Source of the DNA: Raillietiella orientalis
Lineage: Eukaryota
Direction of reading: 5' to 3'
NCBI GenBank assembly: GCA_036172245.1
Contig: JAYWIR010000003.1
Location: 3,348,001-3,412,000, forward strand
Length of the DNA: 64,000 bases
Shown one piece after another: positions 1 through 13,837 of the stretch; position 1 is the first letter of the stretch; every line of letters begins with the position of its first letter. Below the pieces are notes generated by a model that was given only the letters and a program-made list of their open reading frames with translations, was not told the DNA's origin and searched no databases. Made by a program: the position numbers and the translations under genes.

Positions 1-3000
1 GGGGATTCCTCCTTCACCTCCCACCCTTCCCACGTCGCGCAGAAAGAAGGGGCGGAAGCGAGAAAGGGTCTAGAGGTACGCGGTCTAGAGAGGGGAGAAG
101 ACAGGGTGTATCGTTTCGCGGCTGGACGGAGGTCTTCCTGCCAGACCCACGGCGCGCGCACTCCTCGCTCCCGCAACCCGCAGAAAGGGGGCCTTTGTCT
201 TCCAGGTGAACCCGTTCTCCTACCCTGCCACCCATGGTCTGCCCACAATCTCCAGCGAACCCACGTGCTGGGGAGGCCCCGTGCAGCCCTGCAGCTCCAA
301 TCTCCAGTGCCATCCACATCAGGGGTTCCTGTCCAACCGAGCGGCCCCTCTGAACTCGGCCTACTGGCCGTGACTCCCGCGGCACGGAGTGTTCCCAGTT
401 CGTCGCCTGAGATCTATTTATTTTCCCGGAAGGAGGAAAGAATACAAGCAAGGAGAAGCAGTCCGATGCCCTTGCAGGAGGGGGAGGGGTAGAGGCACAG
501 ACAAGGAGGAAAGAGGAAAAAACAACCTGGAACTTCCTGGTCCGCTTCCGTCCCTATTCCACCCTTCTGCGAGGATTAGAAAGGAGCGCTGATGGCGGCA
601 CCACCCTCTGACCTGGCGGGTCGCTCGTAGAAAGAGAGGGCGAGCCCCTCTCCTGCCCTAAGGACGCCGTCAGCTCTCCTGATCCGCTTCATGTGCTTCC
701 TGTGGGTGGTGAGCGCTTTGGCGATCCCTGCGGCCACTCTCGTTAGGTGGCCACCAGGCAGCGGCGGCAGCAACAGTGGACTTCCGCGTGCTCCCCCGAC
801 AGATCTCTTTTGGTGGCGATCACGCCGCACACGGGGGTCCTCGTTCAGCAGCTTCCCAGTACCCCTCAAGCTGGTCGTCTCGGAGGAAACAGACCTATCT
901 CCGAGCCAAATCTACCTCCACGGTGTCTCGCTGACGTTCACACAGCTTTCCGCGCCCTCCTCCCACGCCACTGTCGCCCCTTTCCGCAACGACACCGCCG
1001 CCATGGTCCCAATCGCTATTCTCCCGTGAGTCTTCTAAGAGATTGGGGAAGCGCTGTTGCCGATGGGCTCCCAAGCACATGGATCCTTGTCCCCACTTCG
1101 AAAAGAGGAGGGAGGGGAAGGAAGCAAGACTGCACCGAAGGGGTCAGAAAAGCAGCCGAAAGCAGCTGGACGACCACGCGTTTCGTGCCTGTCTCACACG
1201 GCCCCCTGGAAAAACAGAACCTCGTGCGGAGGCTGTGCGGGCAGCCGGTCCCACAAGGGCAGCGCGGACTGGGGAAGGAAAGGGCGGATGAATGGGAGAA
1301 CCTATGGCTCTCTCAGTTATGGCGACGGGGGGATGTACTCGTTGAAGGGCCGCAAGCAAGCTCACGGACGGAGGGAGTCCCTCTCTCTTGTGAATGGGGG
1401 GGGGGGTAAAGGTTCGCTCAAAGTGCCACCAGACGGCGAGTCCCGATCGCCCCCGTCCCCCACTCCAATTCTTCCGGAGGGTGGTAGTGGTGCGCAGCAG
1501 AGTACACTCGTATGGGACGGCGGCGCCTGCTGAAGGGCCGGGACATCCCAACGGGCTTCCGTGTTGAGTCCCGCGCGAACATGGGCGCCGTCCCAACCCC
1601 GGTCCATTCGGCTCAGGCTCACTTTTGATATGGGCGGTCACCTACGCGTCCCTGCATTTCTGGCCCAAACTCGGGATTGGACCCTCACCCCCCTTTCATC
1701 CCCGCCGCCTTGCCCACTGGTCGTAAGCCGCGAAGCGGAATCCGGTGGCGGACCCGATGAGCTTCCAGTCCGGTGAGAGATTCCTCAACCGGACGGGGGC
1801 CTCGGTCCAGAAGGGAAGCTTTGGGATCTCTCGGTGCCGGGCGGGTGGCAGGGCGATCCCGTGGGGCCCAGTTCCAGGGGAAGGGGACCTTAGCCGGAGG
1901 GCAAAAACGTCCTCAGGTGCGTGTGCGATCCCGGCCTGCTCCCGTCGCTTCCTCGCCACTGTCTCGCTGCCGCCGCCAATGCGCGTTTATCGGCGGTCGG
2001 CGGAGCTGCCGCTTCGCGTTGGCGCTCGAGCGCGGCTCAATCGTCGCTAGGGCTGGAGTGCAGCGTCCTTCGCTTCCGGCATCCCCGAACGCGGGGAGGA
2101 GGCGCCGCCGTCCGTCGCAGCACAGCTGGAAGCCAAGCGCTGCGCAACGCCTTGCAGGTGGGCCGACGACGACGATGAGGGAGGGTCGAGTCAGGGGTGC
2201 CAGGAGTGCCCATTGGATAGTCCCCCGTCGACAGCTGCAGGCGTCGTCAGCTCTCTCGAACGAGGTGGCCGCAGCCGTCCTTCCGGCCTCGAAGCATCGG
2301 CCCGAGGGCTGCTGGCTAGCGACCGACGCCGCTCTGCTGCAGGCTCTGCACCACCCCCTCCCCCTTTTCCAATCCTTCGACAGCATCGGATAAATGCCGC
2401 GAGCGCATCGTCGTCACCACCGGTCAGCCGACTTCCTCAAAGGGCCGAAAAGGACGGCGCCGGGTGGAGCGAACGCTGGACGTGGGTGGTCTCTCCCGAC
2501 GACCCACCTCGTCCAAAAGCCAGGGACGAACCCACGTCTGCCCCTCCTTGTCCGCAGGATCCTCTCCTTCCCCCTCCCCCCTGTAGTGCTGTACAGAACG
2601 GCAGCCCTCCAAGATGCGCTCCTGTCGGGCCTCCGGTAACTTCTTGGTCAGGCGGAGACATAGCCTTGAGCGACTGCCGCACAAGTCTCGTTGGCCACTC
2701 AGCTCGACAGATGGATGCGAGTTTCCCGCTGCACTCAATACCACCCTCTCTTGGAGCGAACCCCGAGCCTTTGGAAATGCCCCAGGAAGGGAAAACACGA
2801 CGCTTCCGGAGGGAGTCAAACTTTCGTCAAGTAAGAAGACCCCATTTCCACAAATGTCCTTCTCCTCTCCTTTCCCGCTCCCTCGTCGCTTCTGACGGGA
2901 GAGGTGCCGGTTCCATAGGCTGAGCGGGATGCCTCCGCCGAACACGCAGAGTGATCTTTTTGTTTTCCCCTGAGGCTGCTCTCGGAGCCCCGGAGGAGTC

Positions 3001-3429
3001 GTGAGGGTTAGAGCGGCCCCGGGAAGGAAAAAGGTCCCTTCTTTCCACCCTTTTTTTCCTCCCACGTACACGCGTTCTTTCCGGCGTTGCCTAGGCGACT
3101 GCCCGATCGAACTGGCATCGGACGCTCGGTGGACCCGGTTGGCGGAAGGCCTCAAGGAGGCGCGCTGCCCGGGCGGATCGCCTCTCCGGGTCCTGCTCCC
3201 GGGCCCTGTTCCTCGCCGGCGAGCCGGGGAACCTCCGTCTCTCCACCTCTCGCTCTGGCGTTACCCCGTCCGTAGAGGGCAAAAAAGGGGGAGCGTGCAG
3301 GACGGGAACAGCCCGCGGGAGGGAACCTTCCAAGGGGACCTTTCGGGAAGAGGCAGCTCGGACGAATTGCCGTGCCGCAGACCACCTGGAAGACGCCTGG
3401 GCGGTTCCTTCGAACTTCGGAGGGGACTC

Positions 3430-4505
3430 GCGACGGAGAAGGGACGGCGACTCCACCGCGGGCGGTCAAGCAGCTGCCCCTCCGCTAGGAGAGCGGGTCA
3501 GCTTCGAACACGGAGGGACCCGGCGAGCGCATCTGCGCGGACCCACCCCAGCAGGACGCACCCTACGTCGCAGAAGACACGAGAAGGGGAGGCGCGTGAC
3601 GACGGGCTCGGGGAAGATCCTCTGCGATCCCGCCTTCCCGCGGGAAGCTCAGTGAGCGCTGCTCCTCCTGGCCAACGATCCGAGATGCGTCCCGGGTGCG
3701 TGTCCTTGGAACATCTCACCACCCCCTTTGTTCAACAGACTGCGACGATCGGAGCCTTCTCCAGGAGAAAGCGAGGGGAGGGAGGAACGGTGGGAGAGGA
3801 AGAGGACGATAAAGAAGGGAGGAGGAGGAGGAAGAGGGAGATGCGAGGACCAGAGTGGTCCGTTTTCTTCCCCTCGCTCCCCCTTCTCCTCTGCTCCCCT
3901 CTCCCACAACTCGCATCCGGCAGCAGCGATGTGAGCCCGAAGGGACCCCTGCGCCCTAGTCCCTTTGGACCGCTTCTCCCGAACGAACCGTTCCCGTCTG
4001 CATCGCAGTCCCTCCACTGCCTCCCGCTGCTGCCACCCCGCGCTCCTGGAAGGCGGGAAGGGGAGCCAGGCGAGGTTCCTCCGGAAAATGCACTTGTCGC
4101 CGTCGCCCACGCCCTCTGGAGCGTGGAAGGGGAGGGTCCAGTACACGGCCCGCGGAAGGTAGACAAGGGGTCGAGGGCGAGGACGCTGCTAGGTTGGCGG
4201 GGACGCTCCTTCCGAAGAAGAGAGTGGTTCCAAGGACGCGTTCCGGGACTTGTCTCGGGTCGTTGGCCAAGAAGAGCGGTGGTCAGTGAGCTTCCCGCGG
4301 GAAGGCGGGATCGCAGAGGATCTTCCCCGAGCCCGTCGTCACGCGCCTCCCTTCTCGTGTCTTATGAGGGTCAGGGTGCTCCCTGCCGGGTTTCGCGCAG
4401 GCGCTCTCGCCGGCTACCTCCAGGTTCGAGGCTGGCCGCTCCCCTTTCGGAGAGGAAGCTGCCCGCCCGCCCGCTCGTGGTGGAGCCGTCGTCCCTCTTC
4501 CGTGG
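3430..4505. repeat. Long inverted repeat (~290-bp arms, ~500-bp spacer)
   Basis: Arms ~3430-3720 and ~4225-4505. The core 3574-3651 vs 4287-4363 is identical apart from a 1-nt indel. Confidence 0.85.
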
Positions 4506-6229
4506 CGCTCCGTTCGATGCCTAGAGAGGCTCCCCACGGGTGGACGAGATGACTGGACCCATTCCCGGGAGTCCCAGGCGCGTAGGGAGCCAGAGTTCTT
4601 CTGCGGAGACTGGTTGACCGGGAGGTTTCGGGTCGGCCGCCTCCAGGAGCGACTTTTCCGCCGCGGTTGGCCTTTACGGAATCGCTCCGCCCGCTGACCA
4701 AAGCCTTCCGAGGCGACGCCCCAGGACATGTGCGTCCGGGACTCCTCCCGCCTCCTTCCGGGGATGTCGAGGACTCAGGCGCAGGCAGAGGGCCTTGCGC
4801 AAGGTGGCAGGTGAGGGCAGAGCTGCCGCTGCTTCCCGGTAGGGAAGGAAGGAGGCGGAGGGGCGCGCTCGCAGAGGTGTGCGCTCGTCCTTCGCGTGCA
4901 GAGGTTCGGGCGGGGGGCAGAGCCTGTGGTGCGAAGGGGGCCTGAGAGACCCTCTCCACCCTTCCCTGATTCTCCTCTGGGAGAGGAGGCGCTCGTGGAC
5001 GCTGTCGCTCCAGCGACTAGGTTGGAGCTCCTCCCCCCCTCCCGTCCTTGCGCACCGGTTCCATCCGCGCCGCTCTAGGTAGGTAGCTCGAGCGAAGCGG
5101 CGGAGGCAGCCAAACCGCTGCAGGTGATCTCCGGCGATGCGCATCGCCGGGGTGGGGACCCCGGGGCTTCCCACCAATCTCGGAGAGTCTCTCCGCCGAT
5201 CTTCCCCGCGCCCGAGTGCGAAGGGCGGAGGAACGGCGGGACGCTGGGTTATGAAGCACGGGGGCGTCTCGGAGCGCCTGCGGTCGACGGGACCCCGAAA
5301 CCGGCGAGGGCACCCTTCGCTCTTCTCCCTGCCCCTCGGAAGTCGCGTTCGCGCGCGCCGACTTCGCATCCCATTCCCTGTTCGTTTTATTCCTCGCTTG
5401 TCGGTTTCTCCTTCTCCCCCCCCCCCCCCTCAGCCCCGTCCCCGCTGGGATTTGGCTCCCGTCGCTCCGACCTGACCCCTCCCTTTGTCGCCGCCAGTTT
5501 TCACTTCTCCGTCCCGTACAGGCTGATCGGGAGCGCCCGCGCTCGGGGATCGCAGCGCCCTCCGGGGCTGATCCAACAGGGGACAGCAGTCTCCAAGGAG
5601 AGGACCGTTGCCAAGGCGCGACTGCGACCTACCTCCAGCTCTTCGCCCGGCAGAAGGCGTCTCCTTTCCATCCGGGAGTGCTGGGAACGGTTCGGCGTCC
5701 TACCGGGATGACGTTCAGCGCTTGCAGGCGGCTGGCCGGCGGTGAAACGAGGCGCCGTCCCATCCGGGAGGGGGGAGGGGGTCGCAGAGCCGTTCTTGTG
5801 CGGGGAGCGCGAAGGGTTCCAAAGAAGTGCCGGTATCCTCTCCGCTAGCAGCAGCTGCTTCGAGATGCCGGCATCTCCCGCCACGGGACTTCCCCCCCAC
5901 CCCTGCCCCGACACACGAGATGCGGCCAGGAGGGAAGCTCCGGCCTGGACGCAAAGGACCACTTCCCTGGCCGTCAGCGTGGGGAGTGCACGGAGCACCT
6001 GGTCCTTCTCATGCGGAGGAGAGCCCTACGGTTGAACCTGAGCAGGGGCGCGACTGCGAAGGGCGAGTCACGTGACACGAGTGGACTGTGCCACTTTCCC
6101 GTCAACCGGATGGCGACGCCCTGCAAACGCCATGGGAACGTTTCTCCGTGTCCCTTCGCTCCTCTGAGGACAGCCCAACGAACGTTTCGATGGGCCCCTT
6201 AGCGCGCAGCCCCTGGTCGCCGCCGGTTG

Positions 6230-6510
6230 CTCCAGCGATGTGCCAGGAACAATGCCGGGTGGGGGACAAGGGAGCCGTCCGTCCCTTTTGCCGTCCGCGT
6301 CGAGGTCACACTCACCCGGACGGCCTCGAGGAGGAGCTCGCCGGCATCCTGCGAAGGACTCCTCCACGTCGCGGGACGCGACCCCTTTTCCTCCCATTCC
6401 CCCCCCCTCCCTCATCATTTTTCCAGGCCTGGAGAGACGCAAGTCCCAGCGAACTCCCATTTGCTTGGTTGGTGGGAGTTAAACGCCCCGGGGAGCACCC
6501 GGGTGTCGCC
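6230..6510 (+). mobile_element. Short 3' fragment of the same Tx1-like family
   Basis: DGLEEELAGILRRTP C-terminal motif, a pyrimidine-rich tail, then the GCCCCGGGGAGCACCCGGGTGTC junction motif. Confidence 0.45.
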
Positions 6511-6849
6511 GCCTCACACCATCCCGCTCCCTGCTTCCCGGGGACGACGACCTACGACCGCAGCTCACGCATTGGCGCGGGCGAGTGGCTCGACCTGACT
6601 TGCTGGCCACAAAGGTAACCGTTGTAAGGCAAAGAGGCGACCGGACGTGCCGATTTCACTCGGTCACGCGGGGGCTTTGGCGCAAGAAATAAAAAAAATA
6701 ATAAAACAGAAAATTTTGTCAACAAATCGCTCGGAATTTCCGTAGTGGCAGTGCAGGGCCACCACTTCCGGGTGTTCCGGAGGACCCCCTGCTTGGAGCA
6801 GTCGCCGGAAGAGGTCCGCGCAGGGAAATCTGGAGGAAGGGAAGTTTTA

Positions 6850-8640
6850 AAAAACAGATAAATATTTTTAGAATGAATAAATATTGAAGATAAATAAATA
6901 TTTCAAAAATAAATATTAAATAAAAAGGTTCTAAGGTGTTTGCGGATGGGGGAGAGGGAAGGAATCACAGATCACAATCCCTGGAGGACTCCGCATCTAG
7001 GATGCCAGCAAGTTCCTCCTGGCTGTTCCTCAGGTGCAGCCATCTCGCGGTGACCTTTAGGAACGAGAAGACGGAGGGAGTGGCCTCTGCCGTTACGACC
7101 TCTTTCATCGGAGTTTCCAGCCGCCGCGATCCCGCGGACGCGGCCCAAAAACTGCGATCAGTTGTGGCATCCCTCAACGCGCGAAGAGTCCTGAATGAGG
7201 CCCTCGGGTGGTCTTCTGGGAGGTTCGAAACGCGGTCAAGTGTCCCCACACGCGCCGGAAGGCAACGCACTCCGAAAGCAGATGCTGCAGGGTTTCCCCT
7301 TTCGCCGCGTCTATCACACTCTGGGGCCGCACTTTACCTGGTCCAGAGGGAGAGGTGCGGGTTGCACAGGGTGGCCCGATGCAGCAGTCGCAGCGCCGAG
7401 TCCTGCAGCCTCCGTGGAAGCACGGAGCTGCCCGAGAACACGGCGGGGATCTTTACTCCCTCCAGCGGGATTCCAAGGAGATCCGCCCAGAGGAGAAGTC
7501 CTTTGGGGAGGGCAGGCGGGGGTGGAAGCGTCAGCCCGCTGACCCGCCGTCCAGCATCTTAGCAGCTTCTTTTCTTCCTGCAATCTCGCAGTTCATTTCC
7601 CTTCTTGCGGGCTGATGGCTGTCCTGGCAATCTCTCAGGGACATCGGACAGCGTCGCGGCAAGAGCGGTTTGCTGGGACCGCAGGGTCTTCCTCGGGCAG
7701 TCCTTCATCTCCTTCAGCGAGCAGCGAGCGCAGCTGGAGGGCCGCAGAAGTTGCGTTTCTTCCAGGATGGTGCCACTGATCTTCGCCCACGTCTGAGCTG
7801 TTTCCCGTTTCCTGGCACTGCAGCTCGTCGGCGAGCAGGAGATCCAAGCGCGGTCCTGGGCCACGGCAACCATCTGTCGGAGCTGGCAGCCGCGTCTCAG
7901 CCGCCTTCGGTGTCTCTTAAACGAGGAACGAGGCGAGTTCTCCGAGACGTCTGCTCGCTTGGCGGGGATCCGGACCGACACGCACCAAAGGGCGCTCCAG
8001 AACTTTGCCGCCAAGGCTGCCACCTTCGAAACGTCCATGTCCATCCTTTCCAGAGTCGGGAAAACCGAGTCTGCCGTCCCGACGCAGAGCGCACGAGTCC
8101 TTCGAGCGGACTCGGCATTTCTGCGTTCCCCGGAAGGCTTTTCGCAGAAGGACATCGGGCCGCTTCTTCTTCACGAAAGGGTGCAAACACAAAAGCAAAG
8201 GTGTACATCACGAAGCGGGGCACATCCGAACCCACCTCCAGAGGCCTTTTTGTCCATTCGTACAGCGGCACGGTGAGGACGCCATCCGCATCGTACAGGC
8301 GGGCGCACGGAAGACGGGAATTCCTCACCGCCAGCTCGCTGCTGAGTCCAGATCTCCCCTGTTGCGAAGAAGAGATCCGACCTTCGCTCCGGACGTGGGA
8401 TGTTCCTCAGGCTGACGTGGTCGCCGCCGCCGCGGAATGGTCCCTCCAGGAAGGCGCCGTCTCAGGAGAGCGTGGGAGCCACTACCGTCAGCGTGCTCAT
8501 CCCGAGAGGTTCCACGCAAGAAGCGGCAGACCTGCGCGGGTCGCCCGCGTCGTCCACGGCGCTTCGCAAGTTGGACGCGAGGAGGCGGACAAAACTTTCC
8601 GCCGGTGTCCGCTCGTCATCTTTGCAGACGTAATGTGTAT
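6850..8640 (-). mobile_element. Decayed L1/Tx1-like non-LTR retrotransposon, ORF2 3' part
   Basis: Post-RT motifs (EWTKRPLEVG, RRDGRLGFP...AALAAKFW), the family C-terminus KVTARWLHLRNSQEELAGIL, and a T-rich 3' tail like the other copies. Confidence 0.6.
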
Positions 8641-11600
8641 TCCACACATGATTACGAATCACGCGCGATCGCAATATGTGACGAAATAAGAAGCGTCGTC
8701 TCACAGGGTTTGCACCGTCTCACCAGAAATCAAAGTGGTTCGACAGCATTCAACAGTCCGTCGTTCAAGTGGTGTGTGATTTACGATGCATCTCCGTCTT
8801 ATTAATTTATACGGTTTAATGGAGGATACTGCGGGCATTGAGAAAGTGATTATACCTGGGAAAGGCGAAATAAGATATGCTTTGATTTATGAGCATCTTG
8901 AACGTAAGTGAAGGATGTTCTCCTCCTCTCTTTGCCCTTCTCCCTCCATGCGCGCGCGCGCGCACGGGCACACTGTACGTGTGCCCGTGTATCTCCCGGG
9001 AGATGCGTTATACATGGATAATCGGGACTGTATTTATCAAAGGCATGAAATGTATCTAAAACTAATGTATCTAATGGTATTTTTTAATTTCATCAGAAAT
9101 TAAGCAGTATTTATTGTTTAATCTGAAGTGGCAAATCAGCTCTCATAGCTTCGTTGGTCTTCAATCAATTTAAGCAAATTTTTACGGCTTGCTTTCTCTG
9201 ATTGTTGCTGTCGACAAATATAGCTCGTCGCCATGGAAACGGAGGAAAAAAAATTATGTCTCGAGAGTAACAATGACAAAAAAAAATTATGGCTTGGGGG
9301 AAAATTTAAATCTCGTCAACTCGCGCGTGTGTCTGAATCGTTTTTATAAGCAGCTGGACGGGCGACGGGCAGCCGCCGCAGAATTGGGATTTATCCGCAG
9401 CGTCGCACGGGGCCACTTTGCCGCGTCTTGAGAGGTCACTTTTCCGTATCGCCGCCAACCCGCATTGTGAGGTCTCGTGGTACGCATATATACACGCAAA
9501 CAGGAAGACAGGGAGAAACAGAGAAATATGTATTTACTAATATTTTACGGTACGGCAGGATTAGAACAAAGATAGAGCATTTTTACTTCCTACGGATGAT
9601 CTTCGTTAACTGGTGGGGGGGGCGGGAGGGAGGTGGAAGAAACTAGCAACATTGTCTCGATGCACTCGTTAACCACACTGTCTCTTGGATAAGCGTGATC
9701 TCCTTGGAGACAATGCCAGCAAATAATGGAGCACTGGTTCGGCTTCTGTCTACTCGAGCGAGCCTTTTGTCTACTAACATCTCGTCCACTGCAGAGGGAA
9801 GAGACGACCTGCTGTCGTGGTCTTCTCTCTTGAAGGTGCGCACCGGCTGCAGGAAGCTCAAACTACCCACCACTTTCACTTTCATGCCCCCCTCCCCCTC
9901 CCCCGGACGCGCGGTGACATCATCACCACTTATCTATGGAAGAGCGTTGCTACACAGCGCATTTCGAAAGGGTGCCAAGAGTTTCGGGAACGCCTGCGCC
10001 ACGACGGAGCTCGGCTGGGAGTGCGCCCCCGGACAACCCGTAGGAGCAAACCAGGGCAAGTAAGAAGAGGGAAGGCAGATTTTCCAGACTTGAGAGCAAA
10101 GAGGAGATTTTCAGCTCTCAGAGGTCCTGTCTTCCCCTTCCGATTCTCATTCCCCTGGAAAACACCCATAACGGCTTGAACGGTGGGAAGCAGTGGCTGC
10201 CCTTTTCTACGCTTTGATTGTCAAACCGACGACTCTCACTCGGACAAGTGCAGCGGTGAGGGATCCGGGACACTTCGCAAGTGCCAGTCCGCAGCGGCCC
10301 AGCATTCTCCCTCCAGCAGCGTCAGCGTCAGAATCCAAGCGGGCAAGAAAGACACACATCCAGAGCGCGGGAGGTGCGCCTTGCACAGAGGAAGACGCGT
10401 TTCCTTTCGAAGGTGCGATGCCTGCGAAACGGACGCTCGCAGATCACACCATCGGTTGCCGGCTGACTTGTGGAAGGCAGAGGGAGACCCGAAGGTTGTG
10501 CAGTAAGGCGTCCCGGATGACAAAGGTCCCTTTTGCTGGTTGGGAATCGCTGCTCCCAACCGCGGCCTACGGTGTGCTTCGTTCCCGATGGAGGAAGTTC
10601 GCTCTCCCTGGGATCACGTCGCATGCCTCTCTGCATTCCCGATGCCGCGGGGGACGAAGCGCCCAACGATTCGACCTGGGATGCAAATCAGTTTTTCCAA
10701 GTGAAATAAGGCGGTAGATGACCACCCCTCGGTGGTCGGAACAAATTCTACGATTTTGCTGATACCGAGCGTTCTCGTTCTCCTGCCCAATGACCCTCTA
10801 CATCCATCGACGAATGGGGAGAATGGAATGCACACGTGTTTCATTCCCGAGCTCCGCTCTCATGCTCAGAATCACGGAATAGTTGCGTTTCCCTTTTTTC
10901 CTCCATTTTGCTGATTCGGTTTACGTGCGGTTGGCTGCAGCTACTGCTCCCTCGTGGTCCTGTGTTTTGATGCAGCATCTTCTTTCGTGCTCACTTCCGA
11001 AATCGCCTTCCTGTCATCTCCATACTTTTTACCTCCAGCAGCTCTCTGTCGTTGCGGCGCGAGTCCAGAGTGGATAATTACCGGTCCATTCTCTCGTGAC
11101 TTCCCTTGTCCTGTATTTTTTCAGATCAAACATCGCTGCCCGTTGCTTGGCTCCGTTGCCCTGCTTCTTCCCAGCCGCCAATGCTTCCGAAAAACTGAAT
11201 TTTTCTCGTCCGAAAGGCAGCGACCCCGAGTTGAGCAGTCCATTCCGCTACTACTGCCCGGCACGCGAAGCAATTCTGGTGACGTTCAAATCGTGGGCCG
11301 CCCCACTTCCGCGTTGACCTCATTCCAAACTCTCTCTAAAATTCGGTAGCTGTTCTCGTCGTCTTCGCTCACTCTAGGAGAATACATTCTCTTCGGCTGG
11401 AGTTTGCAAGAGATTACTTCTCTTTTTCCTGACAGCTTCCTGACCTCCGGTCAGCAGGGCCTCCCAAGTATCAGAAACGGGAATGCGCGGATAAGAAGCA
11501 ATCGGGAATGGCAAAAAGAGACAACAGCAGACATGCTGCTGGACCCGATGCTTCCGCCGTGCTCTTTGAGATTTCACGGAAGCAAAAAGGGCATAGAAGG

Positions 11601-12457
11601 AACATAGACAAAAAAAAGGACTTCTCCCAGATCGGGCTTTTAGACAACGACGACAAACCCAAGAGGAGAGACGAATCCCAGCATAGTGAAACGCATGCTT
11701 CAGCCCGGAGTTGAAAGTTGACCCGGGACCCCAATTTCTTGGGTCAACTCTCGGACAGGAATGTCTTCGGAGACGGGAATGTGTTAGTGCCAACCCCTTC
11801 CATGTAATTTTGCTGTTGATTACTTTGAAAAGAAAGAAAACAATACTTCCCACAGATTTTCCACGACTGTACGTGAAAGTACAGGGGGGCTGTGCCTAAA
11901 TGCACATTTCGCACGACGTACACAGTAAGCGCCTACGCATGTACCACTTCCAAGGTTAATAATTTCGGACGGCTGCTGAAATTGATTCTTCCTCCTTAGG
12001 TGGCTGGGAATAAATTTGCAGTGCTACTTATAGTTTCTAAATCCCCATATATTTTTTTTAACGGATGTCGCTATAGGAAGCAATTTTTCCGATAGCGCTA
12101 TTTGTTGAGCTTTTCCCCCTTCCCTCCCCACATTATTATTATTAGGGGAAGCTCGACTTTCTGCCCTACAGTGGTGCTCCTGAAGCATTCGGGAACAAAA
12201 AAAAGAAGAACGAAAGAAAAAAAACCCACCCACAACCACACGCACCTGCCGGATCCACCGCATTCGAATTTGCGGCGACAATCGCAGTGGTGCGTAAGCT
12301 GCCCTTCGGCGAAGGTGTTGCTGCGGCGCATGTCTTTTCGGGAGCCGGAAGTGATCGAGCAGCGCAGGTGACTCTCCACGCCTGAGCGGAGGCACAGGTT
12401 GACCTGCGGAACGCTCGAGGGAACACGCGGTTGCCTTCGCATCGAAGTCCTGCTGCC

Positions 12458-13837
12458 ATGTCGTCCCTGCAACAGCTCAAGAACTTCACGACGGTGGTCG
12501 CGGACACCGGCGATTTTGAAGGTACTGTGCACCGAATTTGACCGTTCGCGACCTGCCCGTTCTGCCCCAGAGATGAAAGCGTACGAACCCACCGACGCCA
12601 CCACCAACCCGTCCCTCGTACTCTCGGCGTCCCACATGCCTCAGTATAACAGGCTGATTGACCAAGCTGTTCAGTACGGAAAGGAGAAAAAAAAGTACCC
12701 CCGTTTTTCATAACTTTCTTTGCCTTTTTTTTTTCTCTCAAAAAAAAAAAAAAAAAAAGAAAAGACTCGGTGCTTTATGTTTTCATGTTTTCGCGTGTGC
12801 GTGCGTGCACCGCGTGCGATTCAAACGGAAACAAAAGCTTCTTTGCAACCGTTCTAATAGCTCCCCTTCCTAGCAACAAGGAGGAACAGTTGCAGTGTGC
12901 GCTCAAGAAACTTTTCGTTTTGTACGGCAGCGAAATCCTCAAAATAGTCCCCGGCCGTGTATCAACAGAGCTGGATGCCAAGTAAAGTAAACATCCAGCA
13001 TCACCCGAAGTACTAACATCAGTGTGCAGACTGTCATTCGACAGGGATGGCAGCGTGGATGCTGCAAGAGAAATGATCGCTTTGTACGAGCAGGAGGGAA
13101 TCAGCAAGGACCGCATTCTGATTAAGCTGGCTTCAACCTGGGAAGGCATCCAGGCTGCAAGGTAGAAGTTTGCACACTTATTGCTCAGCTTATGAGGTTC
13201 CAGAATTCTGGAAAGTCAGTATGGGATTCACTGCAACATGACTCTACTTTTTAGTCTTGCACAAGCCGTAGCTTGTGCAGATGCAAATGTAACTCTAATA
13301 TCCCCTTTTGTGGGTCGTGTTTTGGACTGGTAAGCTGGATGCTAGAGGCTGAGATTGATGAGACTCTTGAACTAGGCACAAGGAGCGCAAATCATATAAA
13401 TGCCCTGCTGCAAGTGATGATCCCGGAGTCCGGCTCGTAACGCAAATCTACAATTACTACAAAAAGTTTGGTATAAAAACGAGCATAATGGGTGCATCTT
13501 TTCGTAATGCTGGTAGGGATTCCCTTTGAAATTTTGAAATAAGAGTTCCCAACTGAAATGAAACGCAGGTGAAATACTAGCCCTGGCTGGTTGTGATTTG
13601 CTGACAATCAGTCCAAAATTACTGGAGGAATTGGATAAACTGAGTGACCATGTGGAACAACAACTTACTCCGGAATCTGCAAAATCGCAGTCAATTAATA
13701 AGTTATCAGTGGATGAAAAAACTTTCCGATGGCTTTTAAATGAAGATGAAATGGCCACTGACAAACTTTCTGATGGAATACGGAAATTTGCAGCTGACGG
13801 TGCGAAACTGCTACAACTGTTGGAAGCAAGGCTGTGA
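12458..13837 (+). CDS. TALDO1: Transaldolase, 319 aa, 7 exons
   Basis: Exons 12458-12521, 12571-12694, 12874-12981, 13030-13161, 13204-13329, 13376-13512, 13569-13837. All introns are GT-AG and phase-compatible (960 nt CDS). Translation has [41 protein letters not shown] (catalytic Lys), [41 protein letters not shown] and [10 protein letters not shown]. Confidence 0.97.

Noticed and set aside
3001..4524. 507-aa ORF
   Set aside because: Arg/Pro/Gly-rich translation of a GC-rich inverted repeat, GTG start, no domain motifs.
7559..8155. Myb/SANT-like look of TWAKISGTILEE...RPSSCAR
   Set aside because: Lies between post-RT motifs and the C-terminal signature of the Tx1-like copy, so it is better explained as decayed ORF2.
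9644..11714. Possible exons upstream of transaldolase (9644-9835, 11124-11345, 11436-11714)
   Set aside because: Open frames on both strands and plausible splice sites, but no consistent model or homology.
12330..12367. Upstream ATG mini-exon MSFREPEVIEQR with CAG|GTGACT donor
   Set aside because: No convincing in-phase acceptor before 12458, and the ATG at 12458 already gives a full-length transaldolase.
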